Assembly: GCA_051652765.1 (NCBI GenBank)
Contig: JBOFUV010000034.1
Coordinates: 96,001-160,000, forward strand
Source of the DNA: Microcoleaceae cyanobacterium
GTDB taxonomy: Bacteria; Cyanobacteriota; Cyanobacteriia; Cyanobacteriales; Microcoleaceae
Direction: 5' to 3'
DNA length: 64,000 bases
Shown here: positions 50,426 to 59,380 of the stretch, piece by piece
How positions within the stretch are numbered: position 1 is the first letter of the stretch
Layout: each line of letters starts with the position of its first letter
The notes under the pieces: model-generated
What the model saw: only the letters and a program-made list of their open reading frames with translations
What the model was told of the DNA's origin: nothing
Database searches by the model: none
Position numbers and translations under genes: made by a program

Positions 50426-51569
50426 TTTTCACCCCCCAATCGATGCGACATTCATCAGAAATCCCGCAGACTGCACCAAGTAGCAGATAGGGATCTTGCT
50501 TATATACTCGATGAGGATCGACCGATTCTTTTTTTTGGGTTAGTTCATTAATTACAGCTCGCCAGATAATCTTGGCCGGTTTCTCTGACTCATCATGCTC
50601 TTCCACAATTGAATTTGTGAGTGTTTGAATTCGGATCTGCACATCTACAAATTTTTCTTCTTCCATGAAGAAGCCTGATGATAAAATTTCGGCTTCACGG
50701 ATAGAAGCATTTGCTCGTAGCTCTTTGGCATTTTTAATAATGCGTTCAGTAGCTCCGCCTGCTATGAGTTTCTTTTCTAGCTTAGTTGGGGTAGGTGCAT
50801 TGAGGTCAGTAATTCGCAACAGCAAGGGATAATCACCACTTATAAGGGAGCCAATGATATCAGTGATATTGTTGGCAGTAAGGCGTTTTGCATCTATCCT
50901 GGCTTTGGTTTCATCTTCAAGCTCTTCTACTTTTGCAATATAGTAGTATAAAAGATTATCCAAGCGATCGCAGGACATTGCTCGAAGAATTTCATCAGTA
51001 AGCTTTTCTTCGAGAGACTTAATTTCACGAATTGATGTGCTTGCTGAGACTTCCCCCATTAGGTGAATATTATGTGATGTAACGTGCGCTCTGGGAGGCT
51101 GGTTAGGATGAACAGTAACAGCTTCAAGAAAAGTGTTGCACTCAGAGTCTTCAATCTCAAGTTTTTTAGATATCTTCTGTACAAGCTCGTCTGACATACC
51201 GCGCTTAGAGTGAGTTAAGGCATTGAGATCATCCTTGGCAGATATTGCACCTTCGATAAAGAGGCTGTATTTAGCTACTAAAGAGGATGTTTCAGTAAAA
51301 GCCCGGTATAAACTTTTCAACCCGTCCATAGCAGCAGTCAATGTCCATTGACCCAGATCTGCATTCCGGGTTTTGACTTGAATAAAGTGCCAGTAATCAT
51401 CATATTCAACAACAATATCTTCAAAGTGCTCCATGATGACAGAGCGTACTTTTTCTTTGCGCGCACATGCTAGGCAGAAAGGCAAAGCAAGTTGTGCCTG
51501 ATAGCGAAACCGCTTCAGTGTATCGGTACCTGTATCATCGGGCGGTGTTTGATTGAGAGGATTTTTCAT
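50418..51569 (-). CDS. DUF4297/Cap4-type dsDNA endonuclease effector with ABC-3C C-terminal domain (LmuA-like)
   Basis: DTG.DT..RFRYQ, EHFEDIVV, FIQVKT (PD-(D/E)xK-like), C-terminal G...SDECRIDW. Confidence 0.8.
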   Translation of the reverse strand: MKNPLNQTPPDDTGTDTLKRFRYQAQLALPFCLACARKEKVRSVIMEHFEDIVVEYDDYWHFIQVKTRNADLGQWTLTAAMDGLKSLYRAFTETSSLVAKYSLFIEGAISAKDDLNALTHSKRGMSDELVQKISKKLEIEDSECNTFLEAVTVHPNQPPRAHVTSHNIHLMGEVSASTSIREIKSLEEKLTDEILRAMSCDRLDNLLYYYIAKVEELEDETKARIDAKRLTANNITDIIGSLISGDYPLLLRITDLNAPTPTKLEKKLIAGGATERIIKNAKELRANASIREAEILSSGFFMEEEKFVDVQIRIQTLTNSIVEEHDESEKPAKIIWRAVINELTQKKESVDPHRVYKQDPYLLLGAVCGISDECRIDWGVKIA

Positions 51570-51736
51570 TGTGTGCTGCTATGGAAGCTTCGGACAAAGC
51601 TATATACTTCATTGATGGAATATCTATACCCATAATGTCAAGGAACAAATATCTGTACCACCATTAGCTTTCAATTTTTGCCTTTAAGCAGCGGAAATAG
51701 AAGCCTTACAGTAACTCCTTTATCAATGGGTGAGCC

Positions 51737-51926
51737 GTATAACTAGTTATTAGGTTGAAACCTTTAGTCTAATCACCCTATTTGAGTACGTTAGGCTGAA
51801 ATTCGCAGTCTAATCCACCCAAAATAGTAGATTAGATAGAAACTTTCCGTATATTTCCGCAGGCCATCCAGATTTTTTCGGCTTAGCATCGATTTATGAA
51901 GCATTTAGACGGAAACTTTCCGTTTA
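51737..51926 (-). promoter_or_regulatory. attI-like region B: five phased boxes plus core TAATAACTAG|TTATAC (crossover G at 51743)
   Basis: GTTATACGGCT at the core is the exact 11-bp complement of the R'' end of attC 47941-48046; layout matches region A. Confidence 0.78.
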
Positions 51927-51933
51927 TCCCGCA

Positions 51934-52017
51934 ATGGAACAACGCCCCAAAAAGCCGTTGGAGCAGGTGCGCGATGTGATTCGGCTCAAACACTATGATG
52001 GAAGAAGCTATTTCTAG
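51934..52017 (+). pseudogene. intI: Integron integrase 5' remnant B (27 aa, homology ends after ~21 aa)
   Basis: MEQRPKKPLEQVRDVIRLKHY then DGRSYF*; paralogous to 12491-12598. Confidence 0.82.
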
Positions 52018-52062
52018 ATCAATAGTTGAATAAATCTGTGGCGGGTTACGCTTGAGTTCAGA

Positions 52063-52314
52063 TTGATTGCTCATCGAACCTACATTGATCTCACACTTAG
52101 ATAAAGTTGATCGTAGAGCATTTGCCCGTTGATCTCATACCAAACCCGCATTGATCTCAGACTAAACCCGCATTGATCTCAGACTAAACCCGCGTTGATC
52201 TCAGACTAAACCCGCATTGATCTCAGACTAAACCCGCGTTGATCTCAGACTAAACCCGCATTGATCTCACACCAAACCCGCGTTGATCTCGCACCAAACC
52301 CACGTTGATCTTGC
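52063..52314. repeat. 22-bp tandem repeat array (~11 units; 8 well conserved at 52129-52304), consensus TTGATCTCAGACTAAACCCGCR
   Basis: TTGAT(C) recurs exactly every 22 bp from 52063 to 52305. Confidence 0.95.
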
Positions 52315-52365
52315 ATTGTAAAGCTTTCTCTAAAATGAAGTTATTGAGCCTTCTAGTTTCCTGAT

Positions 52366-52474
52366 AAAGCCCCCAAACCCCTAAAATTGGGGGCTTTGAG
52401 CACTTTCCAATCCTTCCAGTCCCTCCAGAATTGGGGGGCAAAGGGGGAAGATTATACCGCTATTCAGCAACGCC
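52366..52474. repeat. Cyanobacterial short dispersed palindromic repeat element
   Basis: AAAGCCCCCAA...TTGGGGGCTTT hairpin, second CCCTCCAGAATTGGGGGG unit, ending ATTCAGCAACGCC. Confidence 0.55.
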
Positions 52475-52481
52475 AAGGAAC

Positions 52482-52880
52482 CTACTCTTTGGGGGGTTCA
52501 TCCTTGTCCCGAGGCTCAGTCAGAACGTGCCAAGCCGCTCGGGCTGCATCTGCAATGCGATCGCTAAAGTCCGCTAAATCTTCAACGAGGCTGTGCCAAT
52601 TTTGTTCGGCCTTGCTCTCTAAGTTTTGAAAGGAGGCTTCGATTTCAGTTTGATCAATGAGTCGGATTTTTTCAATCGTCTCCTTCGCCTGATTCACCGC
52701 TTTAATGTAAGTTTCACGGGTAAATTCCCCAGCAGATCGCATCTCAGCCTGAACCAATTTTTTGATCGCTTCAATCAGTTCATCGGTGCTCTGTTTTGGA
52801 TCGCTTGCGGTTGGATTGACGGGACTTACAGGCTCAATGGTAGACTCTTCGGGTAAATTTCTAGGCTCATTCTCATTCAT
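52482..52880 (-). CDS. Conserved helical hypothetical protein
   Basis: 132-aa ORF with AGGAG RBS; AGEFTRETY...AAW..LT pattern. Confidence 0.65.
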   Translation of the reverse strand: MNENEPRNLPEESTIEPVSPVNPTASDPKQSTDELIEAIKKLVQAEMRSAGEFTRETYIKAVNQAKETIEKIRLIDQTEIEASFQNLESKAEQNWHSLVEDLADFSDRIADAARAAWHVLTEPRDKDEPPKE

Positions 52881-52956
52881 CGCTGGGTCTCCTAATATAA
52901 AAAGTTACTGATTCAGATGCTTTGTGTTTCCCTGAAATTTTAAAGGTTTTTTGGGA

Positions 52957-53808
52957 TCACGTCGTGGAAAATGGCGGGTTCCCTGCTGCTTGTTCTAGGG
53001 CAAGTAATGCCTGAACTCTAGCGTTTGTCGCTGGGTGAGTCGAGAATAAACCAGCCAACGCCTGACCCGAAAACCCATGCATAATTAACAACGGTGCAAA
53101 TGCAGGATTTCCCTGCATTGGTATTTGTCTGGCATTGCTCTCCAACCGTTCTAAAGCTCTCGCCAAGGCACGAGGATTTCCAGTGAGTTTGGCGGCCCCA
53201 GCATCAGCAGAGAATTCACGGGTGCGAGAAATTGCCATCTGGATTACCGTTGCCGCCAGGGGGGCCAAAATCACAGTTAACAAGAGACTAATTGGATTTT
53301 GTCGATTCCGGGAGCCTCCAAACCAGAGGGCAAACTGAGCTAGGGAAGAAATTGCCCCGGCAACTGTTGCGGCCACAGCCTGAGTCAGGGTATCCCGATT
53401 TCTGATGTGACTCAGTTCGTGGGCAATCACCCCTTCAAGCTCGTCTTCCGGCAGGATACTCATAATGCCTTGGGTAACCGCCACCGCCGCATGTTCAGGA
53501 TCGCGACCTGTTGCAAACGCATTGGCGGACTGAGTCGGAATGATATAAACACCGGGCATCGGCAGGTTGGCGCGATCGCATAGTCGCCTTACCATGTCGT
53601 GGAGTTCTGGAGCTTGCTGCGCCGTGACAGGTTGAGCCTGATAAGCTTTTAAGGCAATCTGGTCGGAGAAAAACCAGGAACTAAAGTTGGTGACGGCAGC
53701 CAGGATCAGCCCAATAAATGCCCCGACGTTACCGCCTAACAAATAACCAATTCCAATGAGCAAACCTGTCAACACACCCAAAAGGGCAATGGTCTTGATT
53801 TGATTCAT
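52957..53808 (-). CDS. htpX: Zinc metalloprotease HtpX (M48)
   Basis: NAFATGR, AHELSH, ISRTREFSAD, LFSTHP; start placed at MNQIKT. Confidence 0.92.
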   Translation of the reverse strand: MNQIKTIALLGVLTGLLIGIGYLLGGNVGAFIGLILAAVTNFSSWFFSDQIALKAYQAQPVTAQQAPELHDMVRRLCDRANLPMPGVYIIPTQSANAFATGRDPEHAAVAVTQGIMSILPEDELEGVIAHELSHIRNRDTLTQAVAATVAGAISSLAQFALWFGGSRNRQNPISLLLTVILAPLAATVIQMAISRTREFSADAGAAKLTGNPRALARALERLESNARQIPMQGNPAFAPLLIMHGFSGQALAGLFSTHPATNARVQALLALEQAAGNPPFSTT

Positions 53809-53971
53809 AAATCTCCTGAGTTTTTCGTTAGAGGATGAAAAAAGTCCAGCCCTGTTCTTGTGAGGACAATAAATCAAAAGTTCTCTTCATTGTAGAATGC
53901 TTCCAACTACCGAACGATCGAAGAAAACTTTTTTAAGAGAAAACCAAAATTTAAGAGAAGATTAAAATAGG

Positions 53972-54889
53972 CTAAAGAATACAGAGAGCATCTGGATTCT
54001 GAGGACAAACTTGACTTTCAACTGGATTTTGGAAAAGATAAACCTCATTCAGATTTGGCAATTTTCTCAAAGGATTGACATTAGAAACATTATTTCCGTT
54101 CAGATTTAGTTCGGTTAAATTGTTCATTGAAGTCAAAGGATTGACATCAGAGATTTGATTAAAACTTAAGTTCAATTCAGTCATATTGGTCAGACTGGAC
54201 AAAGGATTCAGGTTTTTGATTTGATTCCGAGCCAGAGATAATTCTGTCAAGTTTATTAACGATGAAAGCGGATCTAAATTAGTAATTTGATTTTGTCCCA
54301 GGTTTAGATGTTGTAGTTTTCGAAGGGAACTCAATGGGCTAATATCTGAAATCTTATTATCAAATAAGATAAGTTGTTCCAATTGAGTCAGTCCAGCCAG
54401 AGGGGCTAGATCAGCAATTTGATTGCCTGCGATTTGCAAAATAGTTAACCGGTCTAAAGCTGCTAAGGGGCTCAAGTCGGAAATTTGATTTTTATGCAGG
54501 GTCAATCGTGTGAGATTTTTCAATGTTCCGAGGGGCTTGAGGTCAGAAACTTGACTCGCTGTTAGGCTCAATCCACTGGCAAAAGAGAGTACTTGATTAG
54601 CTTGTTTGCAATCCGTTGTGTTTGCCTTCTGTAATAAGACTTCGACCGTTTTTTTTGTCTCTGGTGGCAGTTGATCTTTAGCAGCACACCACTCTGCAAA
54701 ACTGTTAAAAGCTCGGCTAGAACCTTGGCTAATTTCCAGAGATTCTACAGGAGTTGCTAAATTGAACGTTAAATTTACAGTGAACCCTAGAACCAGAGCG
54801 ATCGCCTTGATTGGGATCTTTCTAGAAAATTCAAGATTAGAATGCAAAGGATTAGAATTAAAACTAGATTGTGACTCTCTGACTAACAT
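53972..54889 (-). CDS. Internalin-like leucine-rich repeat protein
   Basis: Repeated LxxLxLxxNQIxDLxPL; FAEWC cap. Confidence 0.9.
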   Translation of the reverse strand: MLVRESQSSFNSNPLHSNLEFSRKIPIKAIALVLGFTVNLTFNLATPVESLEISQGSSRAFNSFAEWCAAKDQLPPETKKTVEVLLQKANTTDCKQANQVLSFASGLSLTASQVSDLKPLGTLKNLTRLTLHKNQISDLSPLAALDRLTILQIAGNQIADLAPLAGLTQLEQLILFDNKISDISPLSSLRKLQHLNLGQNQITNLDPLSSLINLTELSLARNQIKNLNPLSSLTNMTELNLSFNQISDVNPLTSMNNLTELNLNGNNVSNVNPLRKLPNLNEVYLFQNPVESQVCPQNPDALCIL

Positions 54890-55229
54890 TACAAACCTCT
54901 AATCTAATGTTCAATTTGTTGTCAACTGATTCTCAACTGATAAAAGGTTACATTTCAAGAAACCTGATGCTACACCTATTCTTGGCTGTTCAGTGTTGCA
55001 GCTTCAGCATTTTACCCGACATTGGCACAGACTTCTTGACTCGACTTCCGACCGGAACCCCAGCTTCCTCCTGACAACAATTCTGGGGGCCAGGGTCTTC
55101 CTGCACCACAAATATACCCCCAAATTCTCGAGATACAAGGTTTGGGTTAATTCTAAGAAACTCAACAAGCCTTTGAGAGTATGGCTTAAGAGTATTGGGT
55201 CTTGTAAGTTTGACACCAGTCTATGCAAG

Positions 55230-56276
55230 TTAGGCTGGCCAAAGGGTCAAATCAATTGCATCTGCAAGCGGTAGAACCATTGGGGTGACGTGATATTGGG
55301 CTAGACGTTCCGCCATCGTTTGCCATCGTTCAGGTAGAATCTGGCCGATATGGTGTAGATCTTGATCGGGAGCCACATAGTTTGAAACTAGTTGTAAGGA
55401 TTGAATCTGATACGCTAAATTATTATATTTTCCTTCAGGACTAACGTAATTTTCTACAATAATCTTGGCAGCGTTTGGAATGTCAGAGAGGGCAATTTTC
55501 CAGCCTTCAAAGGTGGCCTGGAGAAACTTCTTCACCTGTTCAGGATTGTTTTCTAACAGCCGATGATGCACAAAAAAAGTTTGAACGTAAGCGTCATAGC
55601 CATAATCACTCAAGTTCAATAGGTTTGGGGAAATCCCAGTTCTATCTGCAAAACCAATGGGCTCATCCACAACATAACATTGGATGGCATCAACTTCCCT
55701 TGACAGTAATTTATCAAACTTTTCTCGATAAGAAATACTGACAACTTCCACATCATTGGGTGACAGTTGACTAAAGCCCATGACTAAATCCATCACCTTT
55801 TGGCTATCAGAATGAATGCCTACTTTTTTTCCCACTAAATCATAGAGAGAGTTGACGTTACAATCAGGCAGTGACATGAGTCCCAGGGGCGAGTGCTGAA
55901 ACATGGTTGCGATCGCTTTGATGGGTTTTCCTGCGTTTTGAGCCGTTAAAATCACATCCTGTTCTGAACAACCAATTATCAAAGGATTTTCAGCGACTAA
56001 ATCCGTCACTGACATCCCAAAATCCCAAGGTTTAATCTCTATAACCAAACCCTTTTGGGTGTAGAGATTGTAGTAATCTGCCAACAGAATTCCAGCAAAC
56101 TGAACATTAAATTTCCAGTCTAGTTGTAGAGTAAACTGAAAGTTTTTTTCAGGCAGTAAAACCTCAGGTGTTAACGTTGAAGCTAATGCTAAACTTTGAT
56201 TTAATCTCCAGCTTCCTAACGTCAAATAACACCCGAAGCAACCCGATGTCTGAAAAAAGTTTCGCCGATTGATCAT
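55230..56276 (-). CDS. NMT1/THI5-like ABC substrate-binding protein with Tat-like signal
   Basis: NRRNFF, LQLDW.FNVQFAG, DLVGKKVG. Confidence 0.8.
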   Translation of the reverse strand: MINRRNFFQTSGCFGCYLTLGSWRLNQSLALASTLTPEVLLPEKNFQFTLQLDWKFNVQFAGILLADYYNLYTQKGLVIEIKPWDFGMSVTDLVAENPLIIGCSEQDVILTAQNAGKPIKAIATMFQHSPLGLMSLPDCNVNSLYDLVGKKVGIHSDSQKVMDLVMGFSQLSPNDVEVVSISYREKFDKLLSREVDAIQCYVVDEPIGFADRTGISPNLLNLSDYGYDAYVQTFFVHHRLLENNPEQVKKFLQATFEGWKIALSDIPNAAKIIVENYVSPEGKYNNLAYQIQSLQLVSNYVAPDQDLHHIGQILPERWQTMAERLAQYHVTPMVLPLADAIDLTLWPA

Positions 56277-56400
56277 AATACAGTCAAACCCATCCCTTTA
56301 TTCTCACAGAATACTGACATAGCAATCGAATTGGAAGAACAAAAGTCCCCAAACAAAACACAATCACCCAAAAATTACAGAAACAAACTACAGAAACAAA

Positions 56401-57774
56401 TTACTGAGCAATCTCTGGAGAACGCCCCATCAAGCCAGTCATGATTCGTAGGGCGAGATAGCGGAGAACCTTCACATTTCTCAACCACCACAAACCCCAA
56501 CGCCGTATCGTAACCTGTGGTTGCCAGTCTCCAGAAAACATCCGATCTAAAATGTCTGTGAACGCTAAGATCACTAGATTTTCGGTGCTCCGCCAGCGTT
56601 CATAGCGGCGTAAAACCTTCAGACTCCCCAGATCCTCACCCCGTTGATGGGCTTCTCGGAGGACTTGAGCGATCGCGCCCGCATCTCGAATTCCCATATT
56701 TAATCCTTGGCCTCCGACTGGATGGCAGCAGTGGGCCGCATCTCCAACGAGCGCTAACCGGGGTTTGACATAACGATTACTCTGCATCAACTGCACCGGG
56801 AAAAGATAGCGATCGCCCAACAGTTCTAGCTTGCCAAATACACCTCCCGTGCGATATTCTAAAAGGCTCAAGAATTCCTGTTCCTCCATCTGCTGCAAGG
56901 CTTGGGCTTGGGCGTGGGGAGCCGTCAACACCACCTGGCAACGATTTCCAGTCAAAGGCAATACTCCCATGGGGCCACTCGGCCAGAATCTTTCAAATGC
57001 GACCTTGTTGTGAGGCTTCTCGGCTTGAATCGTAACAGCAATACAAGACTGCCAATAGTTCCAGCCCCGAGTTTGAATACCAACCGCTTGACGCAACTGG
57101 GATTTGGCCCCGTCTGCGGCAATGACTAACCCGGTTCGTAAAGTGCTCAGTTCTCCGCTTTGATCAAATTTCACCTCAGCACAGTTTGCCCAGTAATTAA
57201 CTTGAACAACTTGGGCTGGACAAAGCCAATGGACATGATCACAATCTTCCAAAAACCGATGTATCGCAGTCAGTATCACTTGATGCTCGCCGACGTAGCC
57301 TAGTTCTTCTGTTCCCAAGTCCTGAGGTTGAAACTCTACAACTCCTGGATGGTCACCATCACTTAAGCTAATTTGATAAAATGTGTTGATTCGGGGCAAA
57401 ATACCATCCCAAACCCCAATTTTGCTCAGAATTCGGCCCGTTTGTAAGGTTAGGGCGTAGGCTTGACGACGACTAGCAGCAATTGCCTTCAGTTGAGGCT
57501 CGACAATCAACACCTTCAGGCCAGTATTTTTCAAGCCGCAAGCCAATGTACCTCCTACAATCCCACCTCCCACAATCACTACATCGTAGTCCAGATCAGT
57601 CCGTGGATCAGGCTGGGAATTGGTTTGGAGTGAGGATTGGGTCAGTGTGTCTTTTATAAGTGGATCTTTTATAAGTAGATCTTTTATAAACATATCTTTC
57701 ATAAACATATCTTTTATAAACATATCTTTTAACAGACTCACGATGGCAGACTGGGCCTTCAAAAGCATGATCAA
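56401..57774 (-). CDS. FAD-dependent hydroxylase (UbiH/VisC family); start uncertain
   Basis: VGGGIVG, AADGAKS, LVGDAAHCCHPVGGQGLNMGIRD. Confidence 0.9.
   Translation of the reverse strand: MIMLLKAQSAIVSLLKDMFIKDMFMKDMFIKDLLIKDPLIKDTLTQSSLQTNSQPDPRTDLDYDVVIVGGGIVGGTLACGLKNTGLKVLIVEPQLKAIAASRRQAYALTLQTGRILSKIGVWDGILPRINTFYQISLSDGDHPGVVEFQPQDLGTEELGYVGEHQVILTAIHRFLEDCDHVHWLCPAQVVQVNYWANCAEVKFDQSGELSTLRTGLVIAADGAKSQLRQAVGIQTRGWNYWQSCIAVTIQAEKPHNKVAFERFWPSGPMGVLPLTGNRCQVVLTAPHAQAQALQQMEEQEFLSLLEYRTGGVFGKLELLGDRYLFPVQLMQSNRYVKPRLALVGDAAHCCHPVGGQGLNMGIRDAGAIAQVLREAHQRGEDLGSLKVLRRYERWRSTENLVILAFTDILDRMFSGDWQPQVTIRRWGLWWLRNVKVLRYLALRIMTGLMGRSPEIAQ
57647..57732. repeat. 15-bp in-frame tandem repeat at the 5' end of the hydroxylase gene
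   Basis: About 6 units encoding KDMFI KDMFM KDMFI KDLLI KDPLI KDTL. Confidence 0.85.
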
Positions 57775-58059
57775 GAACCTTTAAGTTAACCGTTAGAACT
57801 TGCACTTTTTTTATTGTGACGGAAAATCATAAATAATGGGAAGGCCAGACACGAAGTTGCAGGGACTTTCAGATGACACCTCTCAGACAAGCTGGGGCTC
57901 CATAAAAAACTGTTGCTGAATATTAAAGATTGCAACGTGCCGATGAGTCTTAGAGGGTTTCATGATATCTCTTAAGACACAGATTTTTGAGTTCAATCTT
58001 GTCAGCCTCTGATTGTTAAGTTTCTGATTGTAAATTTCTGGAAAATTAAGGAGAAATTA

Positions 58060-58317
58060 ATGATTTCAACACTGATTTTGGCAACTGCTACAACGGTATC
58101 TTGGAGTCCTAAAGTTGCCATAGTGATGATCATTTGTAATATTGTGGCGATTGCAATTGGCAAGTTCACTATCAAGTATCCTAGTGTTGGCCCCGCACTG
58201 CCCTCCTCTAACCTGTTTGGCGGAATGGGCCTAGGCGCTCTACTGGGTACAACCAGCTTGGGGCATATCCTCGGCGTTGGTGTGATTTTGGGCCTGTCTA
58301 ACGTCGGTGCCATTTAA
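58060..58317 (+). CDS. psaK: Photosystem I subunit PsaK
   Basis: WSPKVAIVMIICN, TTSLGHILGVGVILGL. Confidence 0.93.
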   Translation: MISTLILATATTVSWSPKVAIVMIICNIVAIAIGKFTIKYPSVGPALPSSNLFGGMGLGALLGTTSLGHILGVGVILGLSNVGAI

Positions 58318-58368
58318 GCCTTCGCCTGAAGCGTTTAGTCCTTGAATGGTATTCTATCGAAGCCTGGG

Positions 58369-58399
58369 AAACCTGACTCGTACAAAAGTCGGGTTTTTT
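58369..58399 (+). terminator. Intrinsic terminator after psaK
   Basis: AAACCTGACT...AGTCGGGTTT stem followed by a T tract. Confidence 0.6.
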
Positions 58400-58427
58400 G
58401 TTGTGTTCATGTTTATTCCGGGTCGCT

Positions 58428-59150
58428 TCACAGATTGATTTCTTCGCAGATGCGTTCCCACGCCAAAACTGGATGGTCTGAGGCGGTAATCGGTCGGCCA
58501 ATCACGAGATAATCAGCCCCAGCTTTGAGGGCTGCAGATGGGGTAAGCGATCGCTGTTGATCCTCAGATTCTGCCCAGGTAGGTCTCACACCGGGACAAA
58601 CCAACAAGAAGTCCGCGCCACAAACTCCTCTCAATTGAGCCACCTCTTGCGGCGAACAGACGGCTCCATCGAGGCCACAGTCTTTTGCCAATAGCGCCAT
58701 CTGTAGGGCATATTCAGGTAACTCCAAGGGAATTTTGAGGTCAAAAGCGAGTTCCCTTGGGTTAAGGCTGGTGAGTAAGGTAATGGCAATTAACTTCGGA
58801 GCAGGTTGGTTGAGATCCGCAGATCGGGCTTGAATGGCAGACTGAGCCGCTTTTAGGGCAACTTTTCCGGCAGTGGCATGAATTGTGATCAGTTCTACCC
58901 CGTCAAACACCGCAGATCGACACGCTCCAGCAACGGTATTAGGAATGTCATGGAACTTCAGGTCAAGGAAAATTCGCTTTTGGCGTTGGTGGAGCAGATT
59001 TAAAATTTCAGGGCCAGCACCGACAAACAGCTCTAGACCCACTTTCCAGAAATTAACCTGGGGGAGCTGATCAACTAAGGCGATCGCCTGTTCCAAGTCA
59101 GGAACATCCAGGGGAACAATAATGCGACGAGAAGCCCGATCAGAGTTCAT
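58428..59150 (-). CDS. pyrF: Orotidine-5'-phosphate decarboxylase
   Basis: [31 protein letters not shown]. Confidence 0.96.
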   Translation of the reverse strand: MNSDRASRRIIVPLDVPDLEQAIALVDQLPQVNFWKVGLELFVGAGPEILNLLHQRQKRIFLDLKFHDIPNTVAGACRSAVFDGVELITIHATAGKVALKAAQSAIQARSADLNQPAPKLIAITLLTSLNPRELAFDLKIPLELPEYALQMALLAKDCGLDGAVCSPQEVAQLRGVCGADFLLVCPGVRPTWAESEDQQRSLTPSAALKAGADYLVIGRPITASDHPVLAWERICEEINL

Positions 59151-59380
59151 AAGTTGTGGGAAATCAAGGGATTTTGAGCTGCTCCAGCAACCCTAAACCA
59201 GAGCTTGCCGCTCCTAAAATCATAATAAGTTATAAATCTTCTCCAAGCCCCCAGTAGAAGGTTTTTTGTATATTGAAGGATCTAACCGTGATATTCTGAA
59301 TCTTGCAGCACAACTGTGTGTGAGTTGTTCTGAATTTTATTCTTATCGATTCAGCGTTTGCTTGAACGCAGTAAATTTTT

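Noticed and set aside
12491..52017. A complete autonomous integron, or one 39-kb mobile element bounded by the two platforms
   Set aside because: No tyrosine-recombinase catalytic domain is present, and the interval holds ordinary housekeeping genes (tkt, pcrA, gshB, tlyA).
52063..52314. CRISPR array
   Set aside because: Units are contiguous 22-mers without unique spacers, and there are no cas genes in the window.
52250..52629. ORFs 52250-52441 and 52387-52629
   Set aside because: They translate repeat elements or the antisense strand of the 52482-52880 gene.
54993..55274. Short ORFs or a riboswitch between the LRR gene and the THI5-like gene
   Set aside because: No recognisable protein or aptamer motif, and the region lies downstream, not upstream, of the THI5-like gene.
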